From: Eledone cirrhosa
Lineage: Eukaryota
Direction of reading: 5' to 3'
NCBI GenBank assembly: GCA_964016885.1
Contig: OZ024747.1
Coordinates: forward strand, 53,506,001 to 53,570,000
Length of the DNA: 64,000 nucleotides
Position 1 is the first letter of the stretch. Each line of letters begins with the position of its first letter. Under the pieces are notes generated by a model, which was not told the DNA's origin, did not search any database, and was given only the letters and a program-made list of their open reading frames with translations. Shown piece after piece: positions 10,751-21,784 of this stretch. The position numbers were made by a program, and so were the translations under genes.

Positions 10751-10898
10751 TATATATATATATATATAGAGAGAGAGGGAGAGACATAGATAAAATATAG
10801 ATGTAGATATATATTTATTTAAAACATTGTATATATAAGTTTATAAGTTTATAATTAGTTTCATATTTTTTTCTGTATAATCCGTCCTTTTCTTATTA

Positions 10899-11420
10899 CA
10901 TCATCATCATCATCAACATTTTACGTCCGTTTTTCCAGTATAGCATGGGTTAGACGGGTTGTCCTGTTGTGGGCAGTGTCTGGTCAGCTGACCTTGTCTT
11001 GCTCATATGGGAACTGATTCTGGCCTGATTTCTACAGCTGGATGCCCAACCTCATTTACAGTGAGTGCTGGGTGCTTTTTTGCCGTGGCACCTCCACGTC
11101 CACTTTACAGTGTGGGCTGGGTGCTTTTTCGCCGTGGCACCTCCACGACCACTTTGTAGTGGGAGGGTGTGGGGCATATTGTCTATATGCTTCAGCTTCG
11201 GCTTGTACACATGGGGGGTCGGGTCTTCTGTATTACTGTGTGACGCCAGAGATCACAGTCATGTGTCATTGCCTTTGGGAGGTGTAATTGGGTAAGGTCG
11301 GCTTTTATCACCTCATCCCAGGTCTTCTTAGGTCTCTCCACTCCGTGGTTTCCATCGACTTCTAGTGCTCTGCACCTTTTTATGCAGCTGTTATCCTTCA
11401 TATGCATCACATGTCCATAT
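10899..11420 (-). mobile_element. 5'-truncated RTE LINE (subfamily B)
   Basis: HMKDNSCIKRC..RPKKTWDEVIKADL plus 3' UTR and (GAT)n tail. Confidence 0.9.
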
Positions 11421-11475
11421 ACGTGTATATATATATATATATTGGAAAATGTGTGTAATCCTTGGTACAGTTAGG

Positions 11476-11786
11476 TATATTAAGACAGGGGGAAGAAAAA
11501 ATGGCTTCACTTGTGCTTCCAACAAATTTATTTTCTTCACAAAATCCCAAAATAATTTTTTTCCGGATTAGAAAAAAAAATTTTTTTTTTTTTTTTGTTT
11601 CTTAAAAAAAATTATTTTATAAAACAATTTCTAAAATAATTTTTTTTAAGGAAAAAAAAAAAAAAAAAAAAAAAGAAAAAATTTTTTTTCTAATCTGGAA
11701 AAAAATTCTTTTTGGATTTTGTGAAGAAAATAAATTTGTTGAAAGCACAAGTGAAGCCATTTTTTCTTCCCCCCTGTCTTAATATA
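11476..11786. repeat. ~310-bp AT-rich palindrome between (TA)n tracts
   Basis: tattaagacagggggaagaaaaaatggcttcacttgtgctt..aacaaatttattttcttcacaaaatcc is mirrored by ggattttgtgaagaaaataaatttgtt..aagcacaagtgaagccattttttcttcc..ctgtcttaata. Confidence 0.9.
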
Positions 11787-11800
11787 TATATATATATATA

Positions 11801-14800
11801 CTTTGAATGTAGGCACCTTAAAGGGTCGCTCTAACGAGGTTGTAGAAATGCTTGAACGTAAGGAGGTCGATGTTTGTTGTATTCAAGAGACCAGGTGGAG
11901 GGGTGGATCTGCTAGATTCATTGTGGGTAGAAAACGATGCTATAAGCTTTTCTGGGTGGGAAATGACAATGGGCTGGGTGGGGTAGGAATCATGGTAGCA
12001 GAAAAGTGGGCAGATAAGATAATAGACGTAAATAGAGTGAACGACAGAATAATTAAAATAAGACTTGTCCTCAATAGAACCACGGTGACAGTAATATCCG
12101 CGTACGCACCCCAATCCGGACTGCCCAGCACTATAAAAGACAGATTCTATGAGACACTGATGCTCACTACCTTCCAAATAACCGACAGTGACTATATAAT
12201 TATTGCAGGTGACCTAAACGGTCACGTTGGACAACATTGTGACGGCTACGACGAAATCCATGGAGGCTATGGGTTTGGTACTAGAAATGAGGAAGGCTCC
12301 AGAATCCTGGAATTCTGTGACGCAAATAACCTAACTATCTGCAACACTAACTTCAAAAAACGAGACAATCACTTGATCACCTACAGATCAGGGGAACATA
12401 CCAGCCAGGTAGATTATATCCTTACCAGAAGACGTGACAAAGTGACTGTTGTAAACACTAAATCCCTCCCCCATGAAGAATGCACCTCCCAACATAGACT
12501 GATAATTAGCGACCTAATAGTCAGGACGAGACGTACTAGGCAACAGAAGAGGACTACCCTCAGGAGAAAAATATGGAAGCTAAAGGACCCCACAGCCAAA
12601 AATAAATTCCAAAGCATATTACTTGATGCTTTCGACAGTAAGGAAGAGCAAATAGAGTCGTACAAGGTAGAGGAACAGTGGGAATTCCTGGAAGCAAACC
12701 TGCTGACGGCGACAGACGAAGTCTGTGGCTGGAGCAGGCCTGTAGGCAGGAGGAGAGTAACATGGTGGTGGAACAGTAAGGTGGAGGGGTCAATTAAGGC
12801 CAAAAAGCAGGCTTGGAAAGTATGGCGGGATGGGGGAAGCAGAGAAGACCATCAAGTGGCCAGGAGGGAAGCTAGGAGACAAGTGTACTTCGCAAGAAGG
12901 GAAGCAGAGGAAAGAAAGTTCAAGCATGTTCTACAACGTGAGGACCAAAAATGTGAGGTGTTCAGGATTGCCAGGCAATGTGTCAAGGAAAACAGTGATA
13001 TTGTCGGGGAGAAGTGTGTACTTAACGATGACGGTGTACTTGCCATCACCGACGCCGATAAGAAGGTAGCTTGGAAGTGTCACTATGAAAGGCTACTCAA
13101 TGAGGAGAATAAATGGGAGAAAGACAGTCTCCCCCACATCGACCCAATAGAGGGACCAGCAGTGTTAGTCGAGGGTAGTAATATAAGTAAGGCAATCAAA
13201 GATATGAAGACAGGCAAGGCGGCTGGGCCTTCGGAAATAGTTGCCGAGATGCTGAAGGCATCTGGTACGGTGGGACACACCATGGTCACCCGGATAGTCA
13301 ACCAAGTCATACAGAATGGGGTTGTTCCGAAGGACCGGCGTAGCAGCATTATCGTTAACTGTTATAAGGGTAAAGGAGATGCCCTAGATAGGAGTAACTA
13401 TAGAGGCATTAAATTAATCGACCAGGTCATGAAGGTCACGGAAAAAGTAATAGCGCAACTAATCAGAGAGCGAATTGATCTAGATGAAATGCAGTTCGGG
13501 TTTGTGTCAGGAAAAAGTACCACAGACGCTCTTTTCATTGTACGACAACTACAGGAGAAGTACCTAGCTAAAAGTAAACCCCTATACTTAGCTTTCGTCG
13601 ACTTGGAAAAGGCCTTCGACAGAGTCCCCCGTTCCATTATCTGGTGGGCTCTTAGAAAACTAGGTGTCGATGAATGGCTTGTGAGAGCTATACAAGCCAT
13701 GTATAAAGAAACAGTCAGCAAGGTTAGAATTAACAACGAATATAGTGAAGAGTTTAGTGTAAAAGTTGGTGTTCATCAGGGCTCTGTTCTTAGCCCCCTA
13801 CTATTTATTATTGCCCTCCAGGCTATAACAGTGGAGTTCAAGACCGGCTGCCCATGGGAACTCCTATACGCAGATGATCTAACGCTCATAGCTGAATCAA
13901 TGGCCGAGCTAGAGAAGAAATTCCAAACTTGGAAGCACGGGCTAGAATCAAAAGGCCTTAAAATTAACCTGGCTAAGACTAAAGTTCTAGTTTGTAAGAA
14001 AGAAAATAAGGCGGCGGTCCCCTCCGGGAAGTGGCCATGCGCAGAGTGTAGGAAAGGCGTAGGTAGAAATTCCATTTTGTGTCCCAAATGCAAAGTTTGG
14101 GTTCATAAAAGATGTAGTGGGATCACAGGTAAGCTAACTAAGAACATAGATTTTACATGTGGCCGGTGTTCTGGGGCAATAAGTAGCAGCAAGTGCCCAC
14201 AGAATACTAGCTCTTTCAACTGCGCAGGGGGTTCTATAGAAATAGTGGACAGCTTCCGTTACCTGGGTGACAAAATCAGCAGTGGGGGAGGGTGCTCTGA
14301 AAGTACAGTAGCTAGAGTCAGAACTGGGTGGAAAAAGTTCAGAGAGCTTATACCACTATTAGCCGCTAAAGGGTTCTCCCTAAAAATGAAAGGCAGGTTG
14401 TACGATGCCTGCATACGAACAGCAATGTTGCATGGCAGTGAGACCTGGGCATTGTGTGCAGAGGATATACGCAGACTAGAGAGAAACGAAGCTTGCATGC
14501 TCCGCTGGATGTGTAATAGTAATATACGTGAACGACAAAGCATAAACGAACTAAGGAAAAAATTAGAAATAAGAGGGATCAGATGTTGTTTACTAGAGAG
14601 AAGGCTACGTTGGTATGGTCACGTGATGCGCATGAAGGACGATAGCTGTATAACAAAGTGCAGGGCAATAAAGATAGACGGTAGCCACGGAATAGGCAGA
14701 CCCAGAAAAACCTGGGACGAGCTGATAAACTCCGACCTCACACAGTTACACCTCACCAAGACAATGTCACTGGACCGAGACCTTTGGCGGTACTCAGTAA

Positions 14801-15216
14801 TAGAGAAGACCCGCCTTACCTAAATACAAAGTAAAACCTACTACAGTCAGTAGGCATCTCTAACAAAATACACCCCCGTCCCACCACCCCCACCCCATCC
14901 ACACCGCCCCCTCTATGTAAAGTTATGTTGGTGCCACACCATCCAGGCCGAAACAAATGAGATCGTGTAGGTGTCACGACAAAAAAACACACAGTCCACG
15001 CTGTAATGTGGCCGTGTAGGCAACACGGTAAAAACCTCCCAGACCCACACTGTAAATGTGGTTGGTGTTAGGAAGGGCATCCAACTGTAGAAAACCTGCC
15101 AGACAGTCCTATGCGAGCAAGACAATCACTCTTGCCTCAAGGTGGACTACCCCCGTCCAAACCCATGCAAGCGTGGAACACGGACGTTAAACGATGATGA
15201 TGATGATGATGATGAT
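11801..15216 (+). mobile_element. Near-complete RTE-clade LINE (5' UTR and start codon lost), 3' UTR, terminal hairpin, (GAT)n tail
   Basis: Single ORF, 390-bp 3' UTR and ccgtcc..ccatgc-aa-gcgtgg..ggacg hairpin. Inserted in (TA)n with atatatac on both sides (possible TSD). Confidence 0.95.
11803..14823 (+). CDS. RTE LINE polyprotein: APE endonuclease - reverse transcriptase with inserted PHD finger (N-terminally truncated)
   Basis: APE motifs LNVGTL, IQETRW, SAYAP, AGDLNGHVG, QVDYI, SQHRL. RT motifs NYRGIKL, QFGF, FVDLEKAFD, HQGSVLSP, LLYADD, FRYLG. RTE C-terminal HGSETW/WYGHVMRM/GRPRKTW. No stops over 1006 codons; the TTG start is just the truncation point. Confidence 0.95.
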   Translation: MNVGTLKGRSNEVVEMLERKEVDVCCIQETRWRGGSARFIVGRKRCYKLFWVGNDNGLGGVGIMVAEKWADKIIDVNRVNDRIIKIRLVLNRTTVTVISAYAPQSGLPSTIKDRFYETLMLTTFQITDSDYIIIAGDLNGHVGQHCDGYDEIHGGYGFGTRNEEGSRILEFCDANNLTICNTNFKKRDNHLITYRSGEHTSQVDYILTRRRDKVTVVNTKSLPHEECTSQHRLIISDLIVRTRRTRQQKRTTLRRKIWKLKDPTAKNKFQSILLDAFDSKEEQIESYKVEEQWEFLEANLLTATDEVCGWSRPVGRRRVTWWWNSKVEGSIKAKKQAWKVWRDGGSREDHQVARREARRQVYFARREAEERKFKHVLQREDQKCEVFRIARQCVKENSDIVGEKCVLNDDGVLAITDADKKVAWKCHYERLLNEENKWEKDSLPHIDPIEGPAVLVEGSNISKAIKDMKTGKAAGPSEIVAEMLKASGTVGHTMVTRIVNQVIQNGVVPKDRRSSIIVNCYKGKGDALDRSNYRGIKLIDQVMKVTEKVIAQLIRERIDLDEMQFGFVSGKSTTDALFIVRQLQEKYLAKSKPLYLAFVDLEKAFDRVPRSIIWWALRKLGVDEWLVRAIQAMYKETVSKVRINNEYSEEFSVKVGVHQGSVLSPLLFIIALQAITVEFKTGCPWELLYADDLTLIAESMAELEKKFQTWKHGLESKGLKINLAKTKVLVCKKENKAAVPSGKWPCAECRKGVGRNSILCPKCKVWVHKRCSGITGKLTKNIDFTCGRCSGAISSSKCPQNTSSFNCAGGSIEIVDSFRYLGDKISSGGGCSESTVARVRTGWKKFRELIPLLAAKGFSLKMKGRLYDACIRTAMLHGSETWALCAEDIRRLERNEACMLRWMCNSNIRERQSINELRKKLEIRGIRCCLLERRLRWYGHVMRMKDDSCITKCRAIKIDGSHGIGRPRKTWDELINSDLTQLHLTKTMSLDRDLWRYSVIEKTRLT

Positions 15217-15544
15217 ATATATACATCATTTTTGAATTTGTTTTGTGAGATTTCTTATCTGAAAACGTGTGTTGAAAGAGGTATTATAATATTTTGTGAG
15301 GGTCATGCTGCAAATAAAAACACACGCACCTGTTGGTTTTCAATTCATGTATTCTAAATTTCCGGTTGGCTGGTTGGTTCGGTAAGTGGAAGGTTATTTA
15401 CATATTGTCAAAGCTCTTTTGTCACACATTTTGTGACCTCCTCAGTGACTAGGTTTTTATTTTGTGCGTCTCTCCTTTGTTCTGTCCTACACCACCTTGT
15501 TTTTTTTTTGTTGTGTGTTGTATGAATACACAACACACAAAAAA

Positions 15545-17158
15545 GAGCAACATTAGGGGCATAAAACTGATAGATCTGGTTATGAAAGTGCTAGAAAGAG
15601 TGCTACAACAACTGATTAGAGAAAGAGTTAAATTAGATGAGTTGTAGTTTAGTTTTGTACCTGGGAAAAGTACAATAGATGCCCTCTTCTTAGTGAGACA
15701 GCTACAAGAGAGGTTCTTAGAGAAGAATAAGCCATTATATTTAGCTTTTGTTGAACTAGAGAAGGCCTTTGATAGAATACCCCGATCTGGTGGTCCCTAA
15801 GGAAGCCAGGAGTTGAGGATTGGCTTGCAAGGACATTGCAAGCTATGTACAGAGAAGCTGTCAGTAAAGTGACAGTAGGAATTGAGTTTAGCGAGGAATT
15901 CCAGATACAAGTAAGAGTTCATCAGGGTTCAGTCCTCAGCCCACTTTTATTCATTATAGTTCTCTAACCCATAACAGAGTAGTTTAAGACTGGCTCCCCA
16001 TGGGAACTTCTCCATGCTGATGATCTGGTACTTATAGCAGAATCAGTAGAGGAGCTAGAGCATATATTCCAGCTGTGGAAACAGCAGTTGGAATAAAGGG
16101 GGGTGAGAGTAACCTAGCAAAGACTAAAGTATTGATAAGTAGGAAAGAAGACAAGACTGATTCTATCAGGGAAATGGCCAAGTTTAAAATGTAGAAAAGG
16201 CGTTGGCATAAACTTTATAGAATGTTCACAGTGCAGAGCTTGGATACACAAGATGTGTAGTGGAATAGAAGGCAAACTAATAGGAAAGGAAAACTTCATA
16301 TGTAGTAGATGTTCAGGGAAAATTGATAGTAAAAGTGACAGTGATAGGCACATTTTTCAAATGCAGGTAGGATCTTGAGAGGTGGTTGATAGCTTCTGAT
16401 ATCTGGGTGATCAAATTAGCAAGGGAGGAAGATGCTCCAAGGCCATATTATCTAGAATAAGGACAGGATAGAAGAAGTTTAGGGAGCTGCTTCCTCTGTT
16501 GACAACGAAGGATTTCTCTCTCCAAACAAAAGCTCAGTTGTATGATACTTGTGTAAGATATGCGATGTTGCATGGTAGTGAGACAAGGGCAGCAACTAAG
16601 GAGGATATGCAAAGGCTGGGGAGAAATGAATCAAGCTTGCTCCAAGGGATGTGCAATGTCAATGTGCGTGAATGACCAAGCATGGACGAGTTGAGAGTGA
16701 AATTGTGTATGAAAGAAATAAACTGTAGTGTGCGGGAGAGAAGACTGTGTTGGTGTGGAAATATGATACGCATGGAAGATTACCGCCCGCTGATGAGATT
16801 TTAAGAAATCACGACTGTCATTGCATACAAACCTACAGTCAGTAGGCACTTCTTAACCCAATGTACACCCCACCCCACCCCTAACACAACCTCCCTCTCC
16901 TGCTCCGTCCACTGTGTCGATGACACAACAGTCCACACTGTAAGGTGGCCATGTAGGAGACACGGTAAAAAAGCTCCCAGTCCACACTGTAAATGTAGTT
17001 GGTGTTACGAAGGGCATCCAGCTGTAAAAGAACCTGCCAGAGACACTTCTGTGTGAGCGAGACACGGTCTCCTGACCATTCCCGCATCAACTGGAACAAG
17101 ACCGTCTAACCCATGTTAGCGTGGAAGAGGGACTTTAAACGATGATGATGATGATGAT
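15545..17158 (+). pseudogene. Decayed RTE LINE copy (RT, PHD and 3' end)
   Basis: RGIKLIDLVMKVLERV.., LEKAFD, HQGSVLSP, HADDL with many stops; same 3' UTR and (GAT)n tail. Confidence 0.9.
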
Positions 17159-17177
17159 ATATATATATATATAAAAA

Positions 17178-17208
<31 letters not shown>

Positions 17209-17332
17209 TTATATTTATATTTATATTTATATATATCACAGATTCAAAGATTCAAACTGTATATACATACCATATAAACATCTGTCACATTTACTCAGAA
17301 CCATTAAACTTTCTTTTGTACAATTTTAATAC

Positions 17333-17392
<60 letters not shown>

Positions 17393-17784
17393 CTGTATAT
17401 GTTCATATCTATTTTATTTATTGTGTTTTAACCTATATTTAGCAAACCAAAGTAGATGTGAGCACTTGTGTTGTAGAAGATGCACCCATTGCAGTTTTTT
17501 AATGACTTCAGATTTAGATACAATTTCTTTGAAGCTAAACGCATGAGACATTTTGAGGTGTTTGATTTCTACACAGAATTGTATGCTTGTTTTCAACTCC
17601 CTTTGAACAGCTTAAGCAACAATAGTGGTGCCACATCACTGTAATATGATAATTACTCACTACCATATGATGATAACTGCTGAAACAGGATGTGTGGAAT
17701 GAACATTATAATTATAACATAAACTTCAAACATTGTTTTATAAAATATATGCCATATGTTTAAATGACAGCGATACTATGTGTT

Positions 17785-17853
<69 letters not shown>

Positions 17854-17905
17854 ATATATATATATATATATGCATATACACATATATATAAATATATATT
17901 TAATC

Positions 17906-17946
<41 letters not shown>

Positions 17947-17961
17947 CTGATATACGGATAT

Positions 17962-18420
17962 TGTAAAGGGTGGATTATATGATTCTTGTGTTGTTAGAGC
18001 AATGCTGCATGGTGGTGGGACAATAAGCATTAAATGCAGATGATGTGCACAGTCTGGAAAGAAATGAAGTGAACATGCTTCACTGAATGTGTAATATTTG
18101 CGTTCATGAATGACATAGCACAGATGTGTTAAGAGAGGGGAAAAATAGGTATAAGAGGAGTTAGATGTTGTACACAAGGGAGAAAACTACATTGGTACAG
18201 ACACATGAGGTGTATGGTTGATGATTGTTAGATATAAGAAAAACAGTTCTAAATGCAAGGGGAAGCTACTAAACAAATGAAGACTAAGAAATAACATGGC
18301 TGAAAGTGATGAAAGATAATCTCAGAATGTTGAACTTCACAAAGAAGATGACGGTGTAGTGTAATAAGTGAATAGATGAAGTTTTAGAAAGGACTTGTCC
18401 AACCCCTACAAGCATGGAAA
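17962..18420 (+). mobile_element. Old RTE remnant
   Basis: ttatatgattcttgtgt..gcaatgctgcatggt (LYDSCV..AMLHG) and a degenerate terminal hairpin. Confidence 0.7.
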
Positions 18421-18421
18421 A

Positions 18422-18845
18422 TCATCATCATTATCATCGTCTTACATCCATTTCTCCACACTAGCATGGGTTAGACGAGTTGTCCTTTTGTGGTCAATGT
18501 AGGTCAGGTGACCATGTCTTGCTCAAACAGAACTGATTTTGATTGGTTTCTACAGCCGGTGCCCTTCCTAATGCCAGCCTCATTTACAGTGTGGACTGGG
18601 TGCTTTTTGTCATGACACCTACATGACCAATTTACAGTGTGGACTGGAAGTTTTTTATCATGACACCTACACAACCACTTTACAGTGAGGACTTAGTGCT
18701 TTTTGTCATGACACCTACACATCCACTTTACAGTGTGGACTGGGTGCTTTTTATTGTGACACCTACATGACCACTTTACAGTGTGGATTGGGTGCTTTTC
18801 GTTGTGATGCCTATATGACACTTTACAGTGTGGACTGCATGTTTT
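18422..18845 (-). mobile_element. RTE 3' UTR fragment with about 5 tandem ~48-bp units
   Basis: catcat tail and hairpin, then repeated tttacagtgtggactgggtgctttttgtcatgacacctac. Confidence 0.8.
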
Positions 18846-19299
18846 TTACTGTATTGGACATAAAAATGTTGATGAGGACGATGATGATAATGACAACTGA
18901 CTATACATTGAGAATATGAACATTGATACTCTATCACACTCAAACCCTGAAATATGCACATATATCAAACACAGAGAGGCATATCTTTATCAATATAAAT
19001 ATATGGACCTATAACTCATGATGGAGTTGTAGGGATACTATGATAACATAGAGCATGTTATGAGCATTTCTGACCTGGTTGAGCCCATTCCTTTCCTGGT
19101 TTGAAAATACAACTGATTTTTACCAGAGAAAGGGAAAAAGTGTGAAACATATATAGAGGACAAATTGACCACAGTACTGGACTGGTACTTCTTTCACCAG
19201 CTTCAAAAGAATTAAAGGCAAAGTTAACCTTGATGGGTTTTGAGTGCAAAGATCTGGAATGAATACTGTAAAGCGTTTCAACTCCATTATTTTGCTACC

Positions 19300-19403
19300 A
19301 GCCGAGGTTGACTTTGCCTTTCATCCTTACGGAGTCGATAAAATAAAGTACCAGTAATGCACTGGGTAATTGCCGGTCTTGTGCCTAAAGTAGAAACAAT
19401 TAT
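19300..19403 (+). mobile_element. Partial SINE family 1
   Basis: gccgaggttgactttgcctttcatccttacggagtcgataaa...gtagaaacaattat. Confidence 0.8.
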
Positions 19404-19431
19404 TTTGCTACCTATCAATTTAAAAAGTGCA

Positions 19432-19664
19432 ATGCGATGGATGATGACTGATGGGTAAAGAAGTGCTTGGAAATGACAGTGGAAGGAAGTTGCAGTAGAA
19501 GTAGACCTAGAAAAACCTGCATAGAGGTGGTGACAGCTGACCTCAATTTGCTGAGACTCACAGAGATGACAAAGAAATGTGACGGGTGGAGAGATGTTGT
19601 GCTGTGAAGGACCCATCCAACCCATGTAAAAGTGGAAATAAGGGATGTAAAAACGATGATGATG
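19432..19664 (+). mobile_element. Short RTE 3' remnant
   Basis: tgggtaaagaagtgc..gtagacctagaaaaacc..gatgatgatg. Confidence 0.7.
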
Positions 19665-19849
19665 AATGCAAAAACATGAAATAAGCTCAGAAGTTTAAAA
19701 AATCATCAGATAAAATCTAACAGTATTGGTATGAAATACAACAGACAACAAGACAGCATATTCTAAAGCAGAGGTTCTCAAATTGGGTGTTCAAACACTG
19801 TTATCGCCTGTTTGATTGGTAGACTTAATCCATTTCTTGGTTTCATACC

Positions 19850-20157
19850 CCACCCCCACCTGGCCCTTGGGTGGTAGAATTAATCCACTGTCTAATTCAA
19901 CACCCTAACATGGCCCTTGGCTGGTAGAATTAACCCACTGTCTAGTTTAACACCACCACCTGGCCCTTGGGGGGTAGAATTAACCCCACTGTCTAGTTTA
20001 ACACCACCACCTGGGCCTTAGGTGGTAGAATTAACCCACTGTCTAGTTTAACACCACCACCTGGGCCTTAGGTGGTAGAATTAATCCACTGTCTAGTTTA
20101 ACATCACCACCTGGGCCTTAGGTGGTAGAATTAACCCACTGTCTAGTTTAACACCCT
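19850..20157. repeat. 50-bp minisatellite, about 6 copies, each with an accacct/aggtggt-type hairpin
   Basis: gtctagttta recurs at 19991, 20041, 20091 and 20141. Confidence 0.9.
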
Positions 20158-20165
20158 AACCTTAC

Positions 20166-20299
20166 TCTTGGCTGTCTTTTGTGGAATCCACTCTGTTGCA
20201 AGCAATGAGATTAGGTTTTTGGTTTGAGAATACCTTCCACTTCACCAGAAAGCTCTGAGTTCCTGAATGGAGAACATAGTAACTGCTCTTTTTCCCAGT
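20166..20299 (-). other. Candidate internal exon (134 nt) of an unidentified host transcript
   Basis: Acceptor ttttctttttactgtttag|, donor AGA|gtaagg; single open frame TGKKSSYYVLHSGTQSFLVKWKVFSNQKPNLIACNRVDSTKDSQ; non-repetitive composition. Confidence 0.4.
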
Positions 20300-20899
20300 C
20301 TAAACAGTAAAAAGAAAATGAACTTGAGAATTACAATTTAACTAGAATACAAAGAATCCAAGGTCCCTCTATCATATGTTTAGGGATCAAGCCAATAAGA
20401 ATGTGTAGGAGTAACCCATAATTTTGAACAAAGAATCTTAAGATTGGCTTGTATGATAGATCGACTTTTATCCTGTAATTCAATATAATACTAAAACAGA
20501 AAAATAAGTTTTTTCTTCAATTTCGCAATACCCCTTTTTTGCTAGCTTCCAAATATGATTGATTACATCGATTTATCTAAATGCTTGACTTCATGTAATA
20601 GTAATAATCACTGCTCACACTATGCTGAAAGAAATCAATGCTAATTTAGCTCAATTGTTTAGGCATACAGAGTTAATTACAGAATTTTATATAAAATTGT
20701 AATAAATTTCAAATAACTAAATTTATTTAACCAAATTTAATAGATAATTGTCTTAATTATTTTTGTGAAGACTATATTTACCTAACATAACCTAAATTAT
20801 ATATACTAGCCGAAGAACTGACCTACGGGTGGTTTTCTGCTAGCATAGTGTGCATATTGGTATTATATGATATGTAAATTGCAAAGTAAATTGAGAATA

Positions 20900-21550
20900 T
20901 CTTCTTCACCCACTTATTTCTGAGAGAGCTGTGGGGGTAGAGTCCTTCTCAAACACTCCTTCCAGTGAGTCTGTCAGAAGCAAACATCTCTAACTGATCA
21001 AGCTGGATCCCAAAGTGTGACCAGCCAAGCTCATGGATGTTATCCAACTATCTTGATCAGGGTCTACCTCTGGGTCTCTTGTTGGTTGGTTTTTGCCTGT
21101 TTAAACCTGTCCAACGATTCTTTCCTGAGACATTCTAACCACATGCCCATAGTATTGGAGCTGTGATCTCTCAATCTGGAGAAGTAGCGACTCTACCAGG
21201 AGTGACTCTCTGATCTTCCAGCTATGCACTTTATTGAGTAACGTTACTCCAAAGACCCTTCGGAGGAACCCCATTTTGGCCACTTGTATTTGAAATTGTA
21301 TTCTTTCGGTCATTACCCAAGATTCATAACCCTCAGTAAGGGTTGGCAGGAATACCAGGAAGACGGTGAGTTTGGCTTTTACACCTACCTCCCTTCTTCT
21401 GATTACTGAATGCTGAAGCTGATTACTGAAAGCATCAGCTTTTGTAATTCTTGCACTTAATTCAGCCTCCTGCCTTTCATCACTCATGAACATGGCCCTG
21501 AGGTACTTGAACTTCTCTACCTGCTTCAGTGGAACTCCATTCACATGTAC
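20900..21550 (-). mobile_element. Decayed RTE-like LINE (second family), RT end and C-terminus
   Basis: VNGVPLKQVEKFKYL..LPTLTEGYESWVMT..IERSQLQYYGHVVRM. Confidence 0.8.
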
Positions 21551-21784
21551 ATAAATTTGAGTGACTTCTGTCCATCTATCCGTCTCAAAATGTGTCTGTG
21601 CGTTTGTGTGAATGTATGTGTGTGTAAAAAGGAAGGAAGGGGATATACACATACATATGTCTCTAATTTAAAAACAGTGACACACACACACATATATATA
21701 TAACACACACACAAGTCTCTAATTTAAGAATATTGACAAACTCATATGTGCACATATACACACACTGTCCTATTACCAGGCAAA

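Noticed and set aside
11818-14543. Multiple antisense ORFs within the LINE
   Set aside because: Shadow ORFs of the RT coding strand with no recognisable motifs.
16786-16830. CTGATGA...GAAA hammerhead-like string
   Set aside because: No stem I, II or III pairing; lies in decayed RTE sequence. The CTGATGA at 6416 and 51811 likewise lack a GAAA partner and stems.
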